The notes under the pieces were generated by a model. It ran no database searches. It saw only the letters and a list, made by a program, of their open reading frames with translations, and was not told where the DNA came from. The position numbers and the translations under genes were made by a program. A DNA stretch of 64,000 nucleotides, taken from assembly GCA_031362415.1 (NCBI GenBank), contig JANLSK010000006.1, positions 21,868-85,867 of the forward strand, written 5' to 3'. This DNA comes from Actinomycetes bacterium. GTDB lineage: Bacteria > Actinomycetota > Acidimicrobiia > IMCC26256 > VFJJ01. Shown in pieces: positions 24,609 through 33,430 of the stretch. How positions within the stretch are numbered: position 1 is the stretch's first letter; every line of letters begins with the position of its first letter.

Positions 24609-25504
24609 GGGGTCGACGACGCCACGCCGGTCGCGGTACCGCCGATCGAGTTGAACGGCGGGTAGCCCCAGTTCGTGGGACCGTACGGATGCGGCAGCGT
24701 GGCCCCGTCGACCAGGTCGGCCCACACCGAGAACTGCGGAGCGTCGACGGTCCGTCCCGAGAACGCCATGGGGTGCGGATGTGCTGCGATGTACGCGCAC
24801 ACCGAGCCGGGCACGTCGACGGGGAGGCCGTTGGCGTAGTCGATGCCGAGGTCGCGCATGGTGATCTCGGCCCGCTCGGTGAGCACGAATCCCGGCTCCA
24901 GGTTCACCACGGCGACGTTGTATCCCTTGAGCTCCTTGCCCAGACCGAGCGCCACCCGGTTGTGGGCGACCTTGGTGATCGAGTACGAGAACGGCCAACC
25001 CCCGTCGCCAGGCTGCTTCGACGTCTCGTTCTGGCCCGCCCCCGAGGTCACGTTGACCACCAGGCCGCGACCCAGGCGCTTGAACGTGGGGAGCACCAGC
25101 TTGATGAGATACAGGCCGGCGAGCACGTTGCCGGCGAAGCCCTGGTCGTACTCCTCGATGTCGGTGTCCTCGAAGGAGCGCATGGGGCCCTTGGGTTGAT
25201 AGATCGCGTTGTTCACGAGCACGTCGATCCGACCCAGCTCGGTCAGCGCGGTCGCGACCGACGCGTCCATCGTGGAACGGTCGAGCACATCGAGCTTCGT
25301 GACGACGGCCCGCCGGCCCAGTGCCCGAATCTCGGCGGCGGTGGCTTCGAGCGTGCCCGGCACACGCGACGTACCCCGGTCGGCCTCGTTGACCGTCCGA
25401 GCCGCGACGACCACGTCGAAGCCGGCCCGAGCCAGGTGGATGGCGCAGCTCCGCCCGATCCCCCGACTCGCCCCCGTCACCAGCGCCACCCGTGCCTCAG
25501 CCAT
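24605..25504 (-). CDS. SDR family oxidoreductase
   Basis: 299 aa. Contains VALVTGASRGIGRS, NNAIY and Y..TK (YSITKVA). Confidence 0.85.
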   Translation of the reverse strand: MAEARVALVTGASRGIGRSCAIHLARAGFDVVVAARTVNEADRGTSRVPGTLEATAAEIRALGRRAVVTKLDVLDRSTMDASVATALTELGRIDVLVNNAIYQPKGPMRSFEDTDIEEYDQGFAGNVLAGLYLIKLVLPTFKRLGRGLVVNVTSGAGQNETSKQPGDGGWPFSYSITKVAHNRVALGLGKELKGYNVAVVNLEPGFVLTERAEITMRDLGIDYANGLPVDVPGSVCAYIAAHPHPMAFSGRTVDAPQFSVWADLVDGATLPHPYGPTNWGYPPFNSIGGTATGVASSTP

Positions 25505-25593
25505 GGCCGGAAGTTAGCCCCCGACGACCGAGACCGCACCCGGGCACCCGTGGCGGAAAGCGCCTGCCTCGCGACAGCCCCGCCGACGAGCCC

Positions 25594-26367
25594 CTACTCG
25601 GGGGTCGTGTAGGCGGCGGTGATACCGCCGTCGACGAGCAGTGAGGCGCCGGTCATGAAGGACGAATCATCGGACGCCAAGAACAGGGCGGCCTTGGCGA
25701 TCTCCTCGGGCTCACCGAAGCGTCCCATGGGGACGTGCACCAGTCGGCGCTGGCGTTTGGCATCGTCCGACAGGAACTTGGCCAGCAATGGGGTGAGGAC
25801 CGGGCCCGGGCACAGGGCATTGACGCGAATTCCTTGGCGGGCATAGATCACCGCGATCTCGCGGGTCATGGCCAAGACGGCGCCCTTCGACGCCGTGTAG
25901 GCGATCTGGGGTGTCGCCGAGCCCATGTGGGCCACGAACGAGGCCACGTTGACGATCGAGCCGCCGCCACCAGTGGCGAGCATGGCGGGAATGCCGTGCT
26001 TGCAGCAGCGAGCGACGCCCTGCACGTTGATGTCGAGCACCGTCCGCCACGTCTCCTCCGACGTGTTCGTGGGGCCGGAGTCGTCGCCGGGGCTGATCCC
26101 GGCGTTGTTGTAGAGCACGTGAAGTCCTCCGTGAACGGTGACGGCATGCGTGATCGCCGCCGCCACCGAGTCGTCGGAGGCCACGTCGCAGAACACGTAC
26201 GTCGCCCACCCCCCGGCCGCTTCGATGGCAGCCACGGCTTCCGAGCCGTCGACCACGTCGGCGATCACGACCGCGGCGCCCTCCCGAGCGAACAGCTCAG
26301 CGCCCACCCGCCCCAAGCCGCTCGCGGCCCCGGTGATCAAGGCCACCTTGCCTTCCAGACGCCCCAT
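25594..26367 (-). CDS. SDR family oxidoreductase
   Basis: 257 aa. Contains KVALITGAASGLG, NNAG and YTASKGAV. Confidence 0.9.
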   Translation of the reverse strand: MGRLEGKVALITGAASGLGRVGAELFAREGAAVVIADVVDGSEAVAAIEAAGGWATYVFCDVASDDSVAAAITHAVTVHGGLHVLYNNAGISPGDDSGPTNTSEETWRTVLDINVQGVARCCKHGIPAMLATGGGGSIVNVASFVAHMGSATPQIAYTASKGAVLAMTREIAVIYARQGIRVNALCPGPVLTPLLAKFLSDDAKRQRRLVHVPMGRFGEPEEIAKAALFLASDDSSFMTGASLLVDGGITAAYTTPE

Positions 26368-26715
26368 CGGGTTCCTCCTCGATCGTCGGCTGGTGGGCGG
26401 ACTCGGGGATGGACTGGGAGCTCGCCATACCCGCCATGATCGCGTACACGGAGGTCACGACGGCCGTCCTCCCGTCCGAGGAGCCCCGCGAACGCCCGGT
26501 TCCCGCCCGGCCCGGCGACGCGGATGGGCCGAAATGGGCCCGAAACGGAGTTGCAACTCGGTCGCCCAGGGCGACTGGGGCTCGGCCCGACTTGCATCAT
26601 CACGTACCCTTGGAGTTGCCTACAGCGCCGGTCGGGGTCCATTCCTACGGTCCGTGGCACGATCACGACCCGGCGTACCGCCAGTGTGCGCCCAAACACG
26701 AGGAGAGCGATCACC

Positions 26716-27003
26716 GTGGCTCAGAAAGCCGTGGTCGCCAAGACGACGAAGCCCGACGAGGTCAAGAAGCCGCTGTCGAAGGCGGCAGCCGCCAAGCTCG
26801 CCGCGGCTGCTGCCGCTCAGGCCGCCAAGCCCCGGGCCCCCAAGCCCAAGGAAGACCAGGCGTCGGTCGAAGAGCGACGTACCGACCGGCGCCCGCCGGC
26901 CACGCATGGTACGGTCCGCATGGCCAACGAAGGCTGCCGGTGCGATCTGTGCCGTACGGCGCTGTCCGACTACCGCCGCGAGCGCGCCACCGCCGACTGG
27001 TAG
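26716..27003 (+). CDS. small (95 aa) Lys/Ala-rich protein with C-terminal HGT...GCRC..CR motif; function unknown
   Basis: GTG 26716 lies 5-12 nt after gaggagag. Sequence is VAQKAVVAKTTKPDEVKKPLSKAAAAKLAAAAAAQAAKPRAPKPKEDQ...HGTVRMANEGCRCDLCRTALSDYRRERA. The longer track ORF upstream (26524..) does not look like a real protein. Confidence 0.55.
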   Translation: MAQKAVVAKTTKPDEVKKPLSKAAAAKLAAAAAAQAAKPRAPKPKEDQASVEERRTDRRPPATHGTVRMANEGCRCDLCRTALSDYRRERATADW

Positions 27004-27024
27004 CGCCTGGCCCCGAGGGCTCGC

Positions 27025-28221
27025 TCAAGCAAGCGCCATTCGGAGATCTGCGATCAGGTCGTCGATGTCCTCGATGCCGACCGAGAGCCGGATGAGCGCC
27101 GGATCCACCTCGAGGGCCGAACCGGCCACCGAAGCGTGGGTCATCCGCCCAGGATGCTCGATGAGCGACTCCACGGCCCCGAGCGACTCGGCCAGGGTGA
27201 AGATCTCGGTGCGGGCCACCGCCGCAAGCGCTGCGCTCTCCCCGGCCTTCAGGGTGAACGAGACCATCCCCCCGAAGCCCCGCATCTGACGGGCGGCGAC
27301 GGCGTGACCGGGGTGCGACGGCCGTCCCGGGTAGAACACCTCGCCCACCGCCGGATGACCAGCGAGGAACTCGGCCACCGCAGCCGCGTTGCGGCAGTGC
27401 TGTTCCATTCGGGCGGCGAGGGTCTTGACCCCGCGCAGCACCAGGTAGCAGTCGAAGGGACCGGGGACCGCGCCGGCGGCGTTCTGCAGGTAGGCGAGGC
27501 GCTCGGCGCAGGCATCGTCGTTGGTGGCCAGGAATCCGCCGACGACGTCGGAGTGCCCGCCCAGGTACTTGGTTGAGGAGTGCATGACCACGTCGGCGCC
27601 GAGGGCGAGCGGCTGCTGGAGGTAGGGTGTGGCGAAGGTGTTGTCGACGACCACCGTGGCGCCGCTTCGATGTGCCAGTGCGCTGATCGTCTCGATGTCG
27701 AGGATCCGCAGCACCGGATTGGTGGGCGTCTCCATGACGACCATGGCTGTCGGACGGTTCAGGGCGGCTTCGACGGCCGTGGGATCGCTCAGGTCGGCGA
27801 TGACGACCTCGACCCCGAGGGGGCCGTAGATCCGAGCCAGGAGCCGGTAGGTGCCGCCGTAGGCGTCGTTGGAGAGCACGACGCGATCGCCTGGCGCGAG
27901 GTCGCGGCACACGACGTCGAGCGCGGCCAAGCCCGACGCGAACGCCAAGCCGTGACGGGCGCCCTCCAGCGAGGCCACGCACCTCTCGAGGGCCTGCCGG
28001 GTCGGGTTGCCGCTGCGGGAGTACTCGAAACCCTGGTGGACGCCCACGGCTTCCTGGGCGAACGTCGACGAGAGCACGATGGGCGTGACCACCGCCCCCG
28101 TCGTGGGGTCGTGGGGTTGGCCGGCGTGGATGGCCCGGGTGGCAAACCCCTTGCCGGCGAAAGGTTCCGGGGAATCGGGCGGGCCGGTGGGCTCGGTGGG
28201 CTCGGTGTCGGCCACGATCAC
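27025..28221 (-). CDS. cystathionine gamma-lyase/gamma-synthase (Cys/Met-metabolism PLP enzyme)
   Basis: 398 aa. Contains TRAIHAGQ, YSRSGNPT and the PLP lysine motif HSSTKYLGGHSD. ATGA overlap with cbs. Confidence 0.9.
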   Translation of the reverse strand: MIVADTEPTEPTGPPDSPEPFAGKGFATRAIHAGQPHDPTTGAVVTPIVLSSTFAQEAVGVHQGFEYSRSGNPTRQALERCVASLEGARHGLAFASGLAALDVVCRDLAPGDRVVLSNDAYGGTYRLLARIYGPLGVEVVIADLSDPTAVEAALNRPTAMVVMETPTNPVLRILDIETISALAHRSGATVVVDNTFATPYLQQPLALGADVVMHSSTKYLGGHSDVVGGFLATNDDACAERLAYLQNAAGAVPGPFDCYLVLRGVKTLAARMEQHCRNAAAVAEFLAGHPAVGEVFYPGRPSHPGHAVAARQMRGFGGMVSFTLKAGESAALAAVARTEIFTLAESLGAVESLIEHPGRMTHASVAGSALEVDPALIRLSVGIEDIDDLIADLRMALA

Positions 28222-29600
28222 CGCCCGGCGGCGGGCGCTGGCCGCGACGAGAGGAACCCCAGCACGTCGGAGCGCGTGATGATGCCGACGGGATGGCCGG
28301 CGTCGAGCACGAGCACGGCGGGCGCGCTGCCGAGCAGCTCCACGGCCGTCTCGACCGACTCCCCGGTTCCCATACGAGGCAACGCCGGTCCCATCACATC
28401 GCCGATATGCCGGTCGAGCCCGTCGGGGTCACGAAACGCCAGCTCCATCAGGTCGCGATCGTGCACCGCCCCCGCGACCTCGGCGGCATTGAGCGGAGGC
28501 TCGTGCTTGACCACCGGCATCTGCGAGACCCCGTACTCGCGCAGAATGTCGATGGCCTGCCTCACGGTTTCCTCGGGGTGCACGTGCACCAGATCGGGAA
28601 GCGCGCCGCCCTTGCGGGCCAACACGTGGGCCGCCGTCGGGCCGTCGCTGCTCAAGAAGCCGTAGTCGGCCATCCACGAGTCGTTGTAGAGCTTGGAGAG
28701 ATAACCCCGACCCGAATCGGGGATGAGCACGACCACCACGTCGTCGGGCCCGAGATCGCGAGCCACCTCGAGGGCCGCCCACACGGCGGTGCCGGCCGAG
28801 CCACCCACGAGGATCCCCTCCTCCCTCGTGACTCGGCGGGCGGTGAGGAACGACTCGCGGTCGGTGACCATGACGATCGTGTCGATGACGGACGCGTCGT
28901 AGGTGGTGGGCCAGAAATCCTCGCCGATTCCCTCGACGAGGTACGGACGGCCGGTCCCGCCCGAATACACCGAGCCCTCCGGGTCGGCGCCCACGATCTG
29001 GACCTTGGGATTGAAAGCCTTCAACGCCTTGCCCACACCGGAGATCGTGCCCCCGGTGCCGATCCCGGCAACGAAGTGGGTGACCCGTCCGTCGGTCTGG
29101 CGCCAGATCTCGGGGCCGGTCGAGGCCACGTGCGAGGCCGGGTTGGCCGGGTTGTGGTACTGGTTGGGCTGGAAGCCACCGGGGATCTCACGCGCCAGGC
29201 GGTTGGCGACGGAGTAGTACGACTCGGGATGGTCGGGGGCCACGGCCGTCGGACAGACGATCACCTCGGCTCCGTAGGCCCGTAACAGGGCGATCTTCTC
29301 CTGGCTCATCTTGTCGGGCATGGTGAACACACAGCGGTAACCCCGACGCGCCGCCACGATCGCCAAGCCCACGCCGGTGTTGCCGCTCGTGGGCTCCACG
29401 ATCGTGCCTCCCGGCCCGAGCAGACCGTCGCGCTCGGCCGCTTCGATCATGGCGACGGCCGGACGATCCTTGACCGATCCGCCGGGGTTCAGCAGCTCGA
29501 GCTTGGCGAGCAGCGTGCACCGCACACCCTTGCCGACGCGGTCGAGGCGAACGAGCGGCGTGTTGCCGATGAGATCAAGCAGCGAATCGTGGACGTCCAT
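28218..29600 (-). CDS. cbs: cystathionine beta-synthase (PLP fold-II catalytic domain plus tandem CBS domains)
   Basis: 460 aa. Contains IGNTPLVRL, NPGGSVKDRPA and PTSGNTGVGLA. The C-terminal CBS pair is ETVRQAIDILREYGVSQMPVV ... PVGIITRSDVLGFL. Confidence 0.85.
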   Translation of the reverse strand: MDVHDSLLDLIGNTPLVRLDRVGKGVRCTLLAKLELLNPGGSVKDRPAVAMIEAAERDGLLGPGGTIVEPTSGNTGVGLAIVAARRGYRCVFTMPDKMSQEKIALLRAYGAEVIVCPTAVAPDHPESYYSVANRLAREIPGGFQPNQYHNPANPASHVASTGPEIWRQTDGRVTHFVAGIGTGGTISGVGKALKAFNPKVQIVGADPEGSVYSGGTGRPYLVEGIGEDFWPTTYDASVIDTIVMVTDRESFLTARRVTREEGILVGGSAGTAVWAALEVARDLGPDDVVVVLIPDSGRGYLSKLYNDSWMADYGFLSSDGPTAAHVLARKGGALPDLVHVHPEETVRQAIDILREYGVSQMPVVKHEPPLNAAEVAGAVHDRDLMELAFRDPDGLDRHIGDVMGPALPRMGTGESVETAVELLGSAPAVLVLDAGHPVGIITRSDVLGFLSSRPAPAAGR

Positions 29601-29832
29601 TCCGAGGCCTTCCGCCGACGAGGTGAACCGCCGTCGAGCGTACCGGCTGCGGTTGGGGACGACCGTCGCCGTCAGGCGCCGGTCAGTCCTCGGTCAGTCC
29701 CCGGCAGGCAACGCTGTTCATCTCCGCATCTACCCGGGGTCCCGCACTCAGCCACGACCCCCGGAGCTGACGCTCGGCTCGGCGGAGGGGCCGACAGCAT
29801 TTGCGGACGGGCCGCTGGGGGTAGCTCATGAG

Positions 29833-30300
29833 TCACCACCCCGGATCAGACGGCACGAAGAACGGGGCTGTGACCTCGCCGTCGACGCCCCGGAAACGCA
29901 AGGGGCGGAAGGCGACCGTGACAGCCATGTCAAAACGGAGATCACCCGGTTCGGTCTCGACCATCCGGGTCGGAACCCGCACCTCGGGGGCGTCGTCGAG
30001 CGAGACCAGTGCAGGCACGAACGGAATGGCATCGGCGTACTGGGGGAGAAACGGTCGATGCACCACGACCCACGAGAAGAGCGTGCCCCGGCCCGACATC
30101 ACCCGCCACGTGAACGCCCTGCCTCCGCACGCCCCGCACGTCGCCTCCGGAAACCAGTTCGAGGCTCCGCACCCGTCGCAGAACGGGATGCGCAGCTCGT
30201 TGGCCGCGGCCCCGGCCCAATAGGGCGCTGTGGCCGGCCACTCGACGTCGGGGAGCGGGAACGTGGCCCGACTCGTCGAGCCCTCGCGGTACTCAGCCAC
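29833..30300 (-). CDS. Zn-ribbon/OB-fold protein (DUF35 type), partner of the adjacent thiolase-like protein
   Basis: 155 aa. Contains the rubredoxin-like knuckle CDGCGASNWFPEATCGACGG followed by an OB-fold-like segment. Its start lies 3 nt after the stop of the upstream thiolase-like gene. Confidence 0.85.
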   Translation of the reverse strand: MAEYREGSTSRATFPLPDVEWPATAPYWAGAAANELRIPFCDGCGASNWFPEATCGACGGRAFTWRVMSGRGTLFSWVVVHRPFLPQYADAIPFVPALVSLDDAPEVRVPTRMVETEPGDLRFDMAVTVAFRPLRFRGVDGEVTAPFFVPSDPGW

Positions 30301-30303
30301 TGA

Positions 30304-31515
30304 CTACCCCCGGTGCTTTCTGAGCACGAGCACGCTCGCCTGCGGGCCGGTATACCCGGCGTAGATGCCGATCTCGGCGTCGGGCACCTGGGCGTGGGCC
30401 TCACCCCGCAACTGATGGACGACCTCGACGACGTGAGATATCCCCAACACGTAGGCGTGCGACAGCATCCCGCCGTGCGTCTGGATCGGCAGCCCGCCGC
30501 CGTCGTGCGTGAGCGGCGTCGACTCGAGGAAGGCCCCGATCTCGCCTTTCGGACAGAAACCCAGGTCTTCAATGGTCATCGCCGTGACGATCGTGAACGG
30601 GTCGTAGCAGGTGAACACGTCGACATCTGCCGTGGAGATACCGGCCATACCGAAGGCCCCGGCCGCTGAGAACACGTGGGGCGTCGACGTGAACGCCGCC
30701 TGCTGCGACCAGTGCGGCCCGGTGTGGCTGTTCCCCAGCCCGACCCCGGCCACCTCGATGACCGGCTGCCGAAGATCACGGGCCCGCTCGGTGGACGTCA
30801 TGATGTATGCGCCGCCACCGTCGGAGATGAGACAGCAATCCTCTTTACGGAACGGGTCGACCAACATGGGCTTGGCGAGATACTCGTCAAGCGTGAGCGC
30901 CTTGTGGTTCATCACCGCACCGGGGTGGAGATTCGCGTGCGCCCGACACGCAACAGCGATGCGCCCCAGATGCTCGGGACGGGTCCCGAACTCGTGCATG
31001 TGCCGACGGGCGATGGTGGCGAAGTAGACGGGTTGCGGGAACCAGCCCATCGGCACTTCGAGGTTCTGCTTGAACAGCTCCTTGGCGTGACTCTCGCCCG
31101 GCCCCCCGACCATGGAGTTGCGCTGGGTCGCCCAGGCGACGGCGAACGTGTTGAGGATGTATTTCGCCTTGCCTTCACGGATCGCCATGGCAGCGGTATG
31201 CGGCGCCGTCGCCGCCCACACCATCCCACCACCCTCCTTGGAGACCCACAGATCATGCGTGACCCCGAAATACTCGCGGAAGTCGTCGTCGGTGAACTCC
31301 ATGCCGGCCATGGGAACGTGCATGATCCCGTCGATGTCGCGGGCCCGCAGCCCGGCATCTTCGAGCGCCCGCTCGATCGCCTGCGCCGCCACCTCCTTCT
31401 GGCCCCGACCCGACGCCGAGCTGTGGTCGGCGTCGCCCACCCCAACGATGGCCACCTCGCCGCTGGTGTCTTCGAGCGCCGAGGCATAGCCCCACTCGCC
31501 CTTGGGAGTCGCCAT
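30304..31515 (-). CDS. thiolase-like lipid-transfer protein (SCP-x type thiolase)
   Basis: 403 aa. Has the thiolase-like fold pattern (VAIVGVG..., CLISDGGGAYIMTS, GGGLPIQTHGGMLSHAYVLGISH). Confidence 0.85.
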   Translation of the reverse strand: MATPKGEWGYASALEDTSGEVAIVGVGDADHSSASGRGQKEVAAQAIERALEDAGLRARDIDGIMHVPMAGMEFTDDDFREYFGVTHDLWVSKEGGGMVWAATAPHTAAMAIREGKAKYILNTFAVAWATQRNSMVGGPGESHAKELFKQNLEVPMGWFPQPVYFATIARRHMHEFGTRPEHLGRIAVACRAHANLHPGAVMNHKALTLDEYLAKPMLVDPFRKEDCCLISDGGGAYIMTSTERARDLRQPVIEVAGVGLGNSHTGPHWSQQAAFTSTPHVFSAAGAFGMAGISTADVDVFTCYDPFTIVTAMTIEDLGFCPKGEIGAFLESTPLTHDGGGLPIQTHGGMLSHAYVLGISHVVEVVHQLRGEAHAQVPDAEIGIYAGYTGPQASVLVLRKHRG

Positions 31516-31572
31516 CCGTCGGTCCCCTCGCGTTCATCTCGTCGCCAGCCGGCGGACGTTACCCTGGCCCGC

Positions 31573-33390
31573 TTGGACGCCGCCGACCCCGCCGACCCCG
31601 CCGACCCCGCTGACTCTGCTGACTCTGCTGAGGCTGCTGAGGCTGCTGACCCGGTTGCCGAGTTCGCCCCGCGACCGATCCCCCGTCGAACGTTCCTGGC
31701 TGCAGGCCTCGCGGGAACGGCTGCGGTGCTCGTAGGCTGCAGCGACGACGACGCGTCCGCACCGACGACCGGCACCACCACACCGGGCTCCACCACGCCG
31801 GCCACTGCGGCCGCCAGCACTTCGGTGACGCCGGGCACCACGGCGGCCGGCGCTCCCGCGACCACCACGACGACCGCAGCCAGCGCCACCACCGCGCCGG
31901 CCCCTGAGCAGCGGACCGCTCAGCCCATCGCTGGACCGGCGTTCAGTCTGGGTGTCGCCTCCGGGGATCCCGACGACACCTCGGTCGTGCTGTGGACACG
32001 CGTGCACCTCGGCGAGGTTCCCGGTGCCGATACGGCACCCCTGACCGATGACGTGATCGACGTCGTCTGGGAGGTGACGACGGCTGACGATGCCGACTTC
32101 GCAGCGCCCGTCGCCCGAGGGCTGGCCGAGGCCCCGGCGGCGCTGGGTTACAGCGTGCACGCGCTGGCCACCGGGCTCGCGGCCGACACCCGATATCTGT
32201 ACCGATTTCGAGTAGTCGCCAGCAACGGCGAGCAGACGAGCGATATCGGCGTCACTCGCACCTTCCCGTCGCCCGACGCCTCCCCCGACATGCTCACGTT
32301 CGCCTTCGCGTCGTGCCAGGACTACCAGGCGGGCTACTACTCGGCCTGGCGCGACGTGGCCCAGCAGGCCCCCGATCTCGACTGCGTGGTGTTCCTCGGC
32401 GACTACATCTATGAGGGGGGCGTGAAGGACGACGCCATCCGGCCCCATGACAGCGACACCGTCCGGACGCTCGACGAGTACCGCAGGCGTTACGCGCTCT
32501 ACAAGGGCGATCCCGACCTCCAGGCCGCGCATCGGGCCGCGCCCTGGCTCGTCACCTGGGACGACCACGAGGTGGCCAACAACTATGCGGCCGACACCGT
32601 CGAGCGGGCCGACCCCGACTTCCTCGTGCGGCGCGCCGCCGGCTACCAGGCGTGGTGGGAGCACATGCCGACCCGCATCGCCCCGCCGGACGGGCCCGAT
32701 CTGGTCATCTATCGGGAAGCCAGCTTCGGCGATCTCGCCAGCTTCTACGTGCTCGACGGCCGCCAGTACCGCAGCGTCCAGCCGTGCCGCGGGTCGACGG
32801 TCAGCGACTTCGGCGCCTCCTGCGCGGCCGTCGACGATCCCGACGCCACGCTGCTCGGCCGGGAACAGGAGGGTTGGCTGCTCCAGGGCCTCACCGCCTC
32901 GTCGGCCGTGTGGGACGTGCTGTGCAACGACGTGATCCTCTCGGGGTTCAACTTCGACCCCGCCCCCGACAAGGCCCTGTACCTTCTCGACACGTGGGAC
33001 GGGTATCCCGTCCAGCGAGATCGGCTGATCGAGGCCCTGGACCGAAATCTCTCGCCCAACCGCAACTTCGTGGTGATCACCGGCGACGTGCACGCCGCGT
33101 TCGCCATGGACACGGTCACTTCGGAGGGCACCATCGTGGCCAGTGAGTTCGTCGGGGCCGGCATCTCCTCGGCCTACCCGATCGGTGCGCTCACCCGGAA
33201 CGCCTTGAGCGCCAACGCCCATGTGCGCTTCTACGACGAGCGCAAGGGCTACGTGCTGTGCCGGGTCACCCGAGACGCCTGGGTGGCCGACTTTCGCAGT
33301 ACCGACGCGCTGAACCGCGATTCACGGGTGGAGTCAACGGCCACCTTCACGATCACCGCGGGCACACCGGGAGCCGTCAAGACCTCGTGA
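31573..33390 (+). CDS. phoD: alkaline phosphatase D family protein with Tat-type signal and lipobox
   Basis: RRTFLAAGLAGTAAVLVGC (twin-Arg plus LVGC) is followed by FSLGVASGDPDDTSVVLWTRV and the metallophosphatase core (GDYIYE, WDDHEVANNY). TTG 31573 is the only plausible in-frame start upstream of the RR motif. The long track ORF 5' part is antisense shadow of the thiolase gene. Confidence 0.8.
   Translation: MDAADPADPADPADSADSAEAAEAADPVAEFAPRPIPRRTFLAAGLAGTAAVLVGCSDDDASAPTTGTTTPGSTTPATAAASTSVTPGTTAAGAPATTTTTAASATTAPAPEQRTAQPIAGPAFSLGVASGDPDDTSVVLWTRVHLGEVPGADTAPLTDDVIDVVWEVTTADDADFAAPVARGLAEAPAALGYSVHALATGLAADTRYLYRFRVVASNGEQTSDIGVTRTFPSPDASPDMLTFAFASCQDYQAGYYSAWRDVAQQAPDLDCVVFLGDYIYEGGVKDDAIRPHDSDTVRTLDEYRRRYALYKGDPDLQAAHRAAPWLVTWDDHEVANNYAADTVERADPDFLVRRAAGYQAWWEHMPTRIAPPDGPDLVIYREASFGDLASFYVLDGRQYRSVQPCRGSTVSDFGASCAAVDDPDATLLGREQEGWLLQGLTASSAVWDVLCNDVILSGFNFDPAPDKALYLLDTWDGYPVQRDRLIEALDRNLSPNRNFVVITGDVHAAFAMDTVTSEGTIVASEFVGAGISSAYPIGALTRNALSANAHVRFYDERKGYVLCRVTRDAWVADFRSTDALNRDSRVESTATFTITAGTPGAVKTS
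31582..31653 (+). repeat. 9-bp in-frame tandem array (8 units) encoding the acidic n-region of the PhoD signal peptide
   Basis: (gccgacccc)x3 (gctgactct)x2 (gctgaggct)x2 gctgacccg, translated as ADP ADP ADP ADS ADS AEA AEA ADP. Confidence 0.9.
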
Positions 33391-33430
33391 CGCGGGCTCG
33401 GTGACGGCCCCGGGGAGCGCCGGCGTCACG
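33386..33430. terminator. inverted repeat spanning both stop codons of convergent genes (candidate bidirectional terminator)
   Basis: cgtgacgc (33386..33393) pairs with gcgtcacg (33423..33430). The loop is about 29 nt, GC-rich, with additional pairing. No U-tract. Confidence 0.3.

Noticed and set aside
26368-26715. An actinobacterial 6C sRNA in the long intergenic region
   Set aside because: 6C RNA needs two hairpins with C-rich (at least 6 C) loops. The hairpins here have GAAAT- and CAG-type loops.
29601-29832. A SAM or other riboswitch in the 230-nt leader of cbs
   Set aside because: I could not recognise any riboswitch consensus or convincing multi-stem architecture by eye. An Rfam scan is needed before claiming anything.
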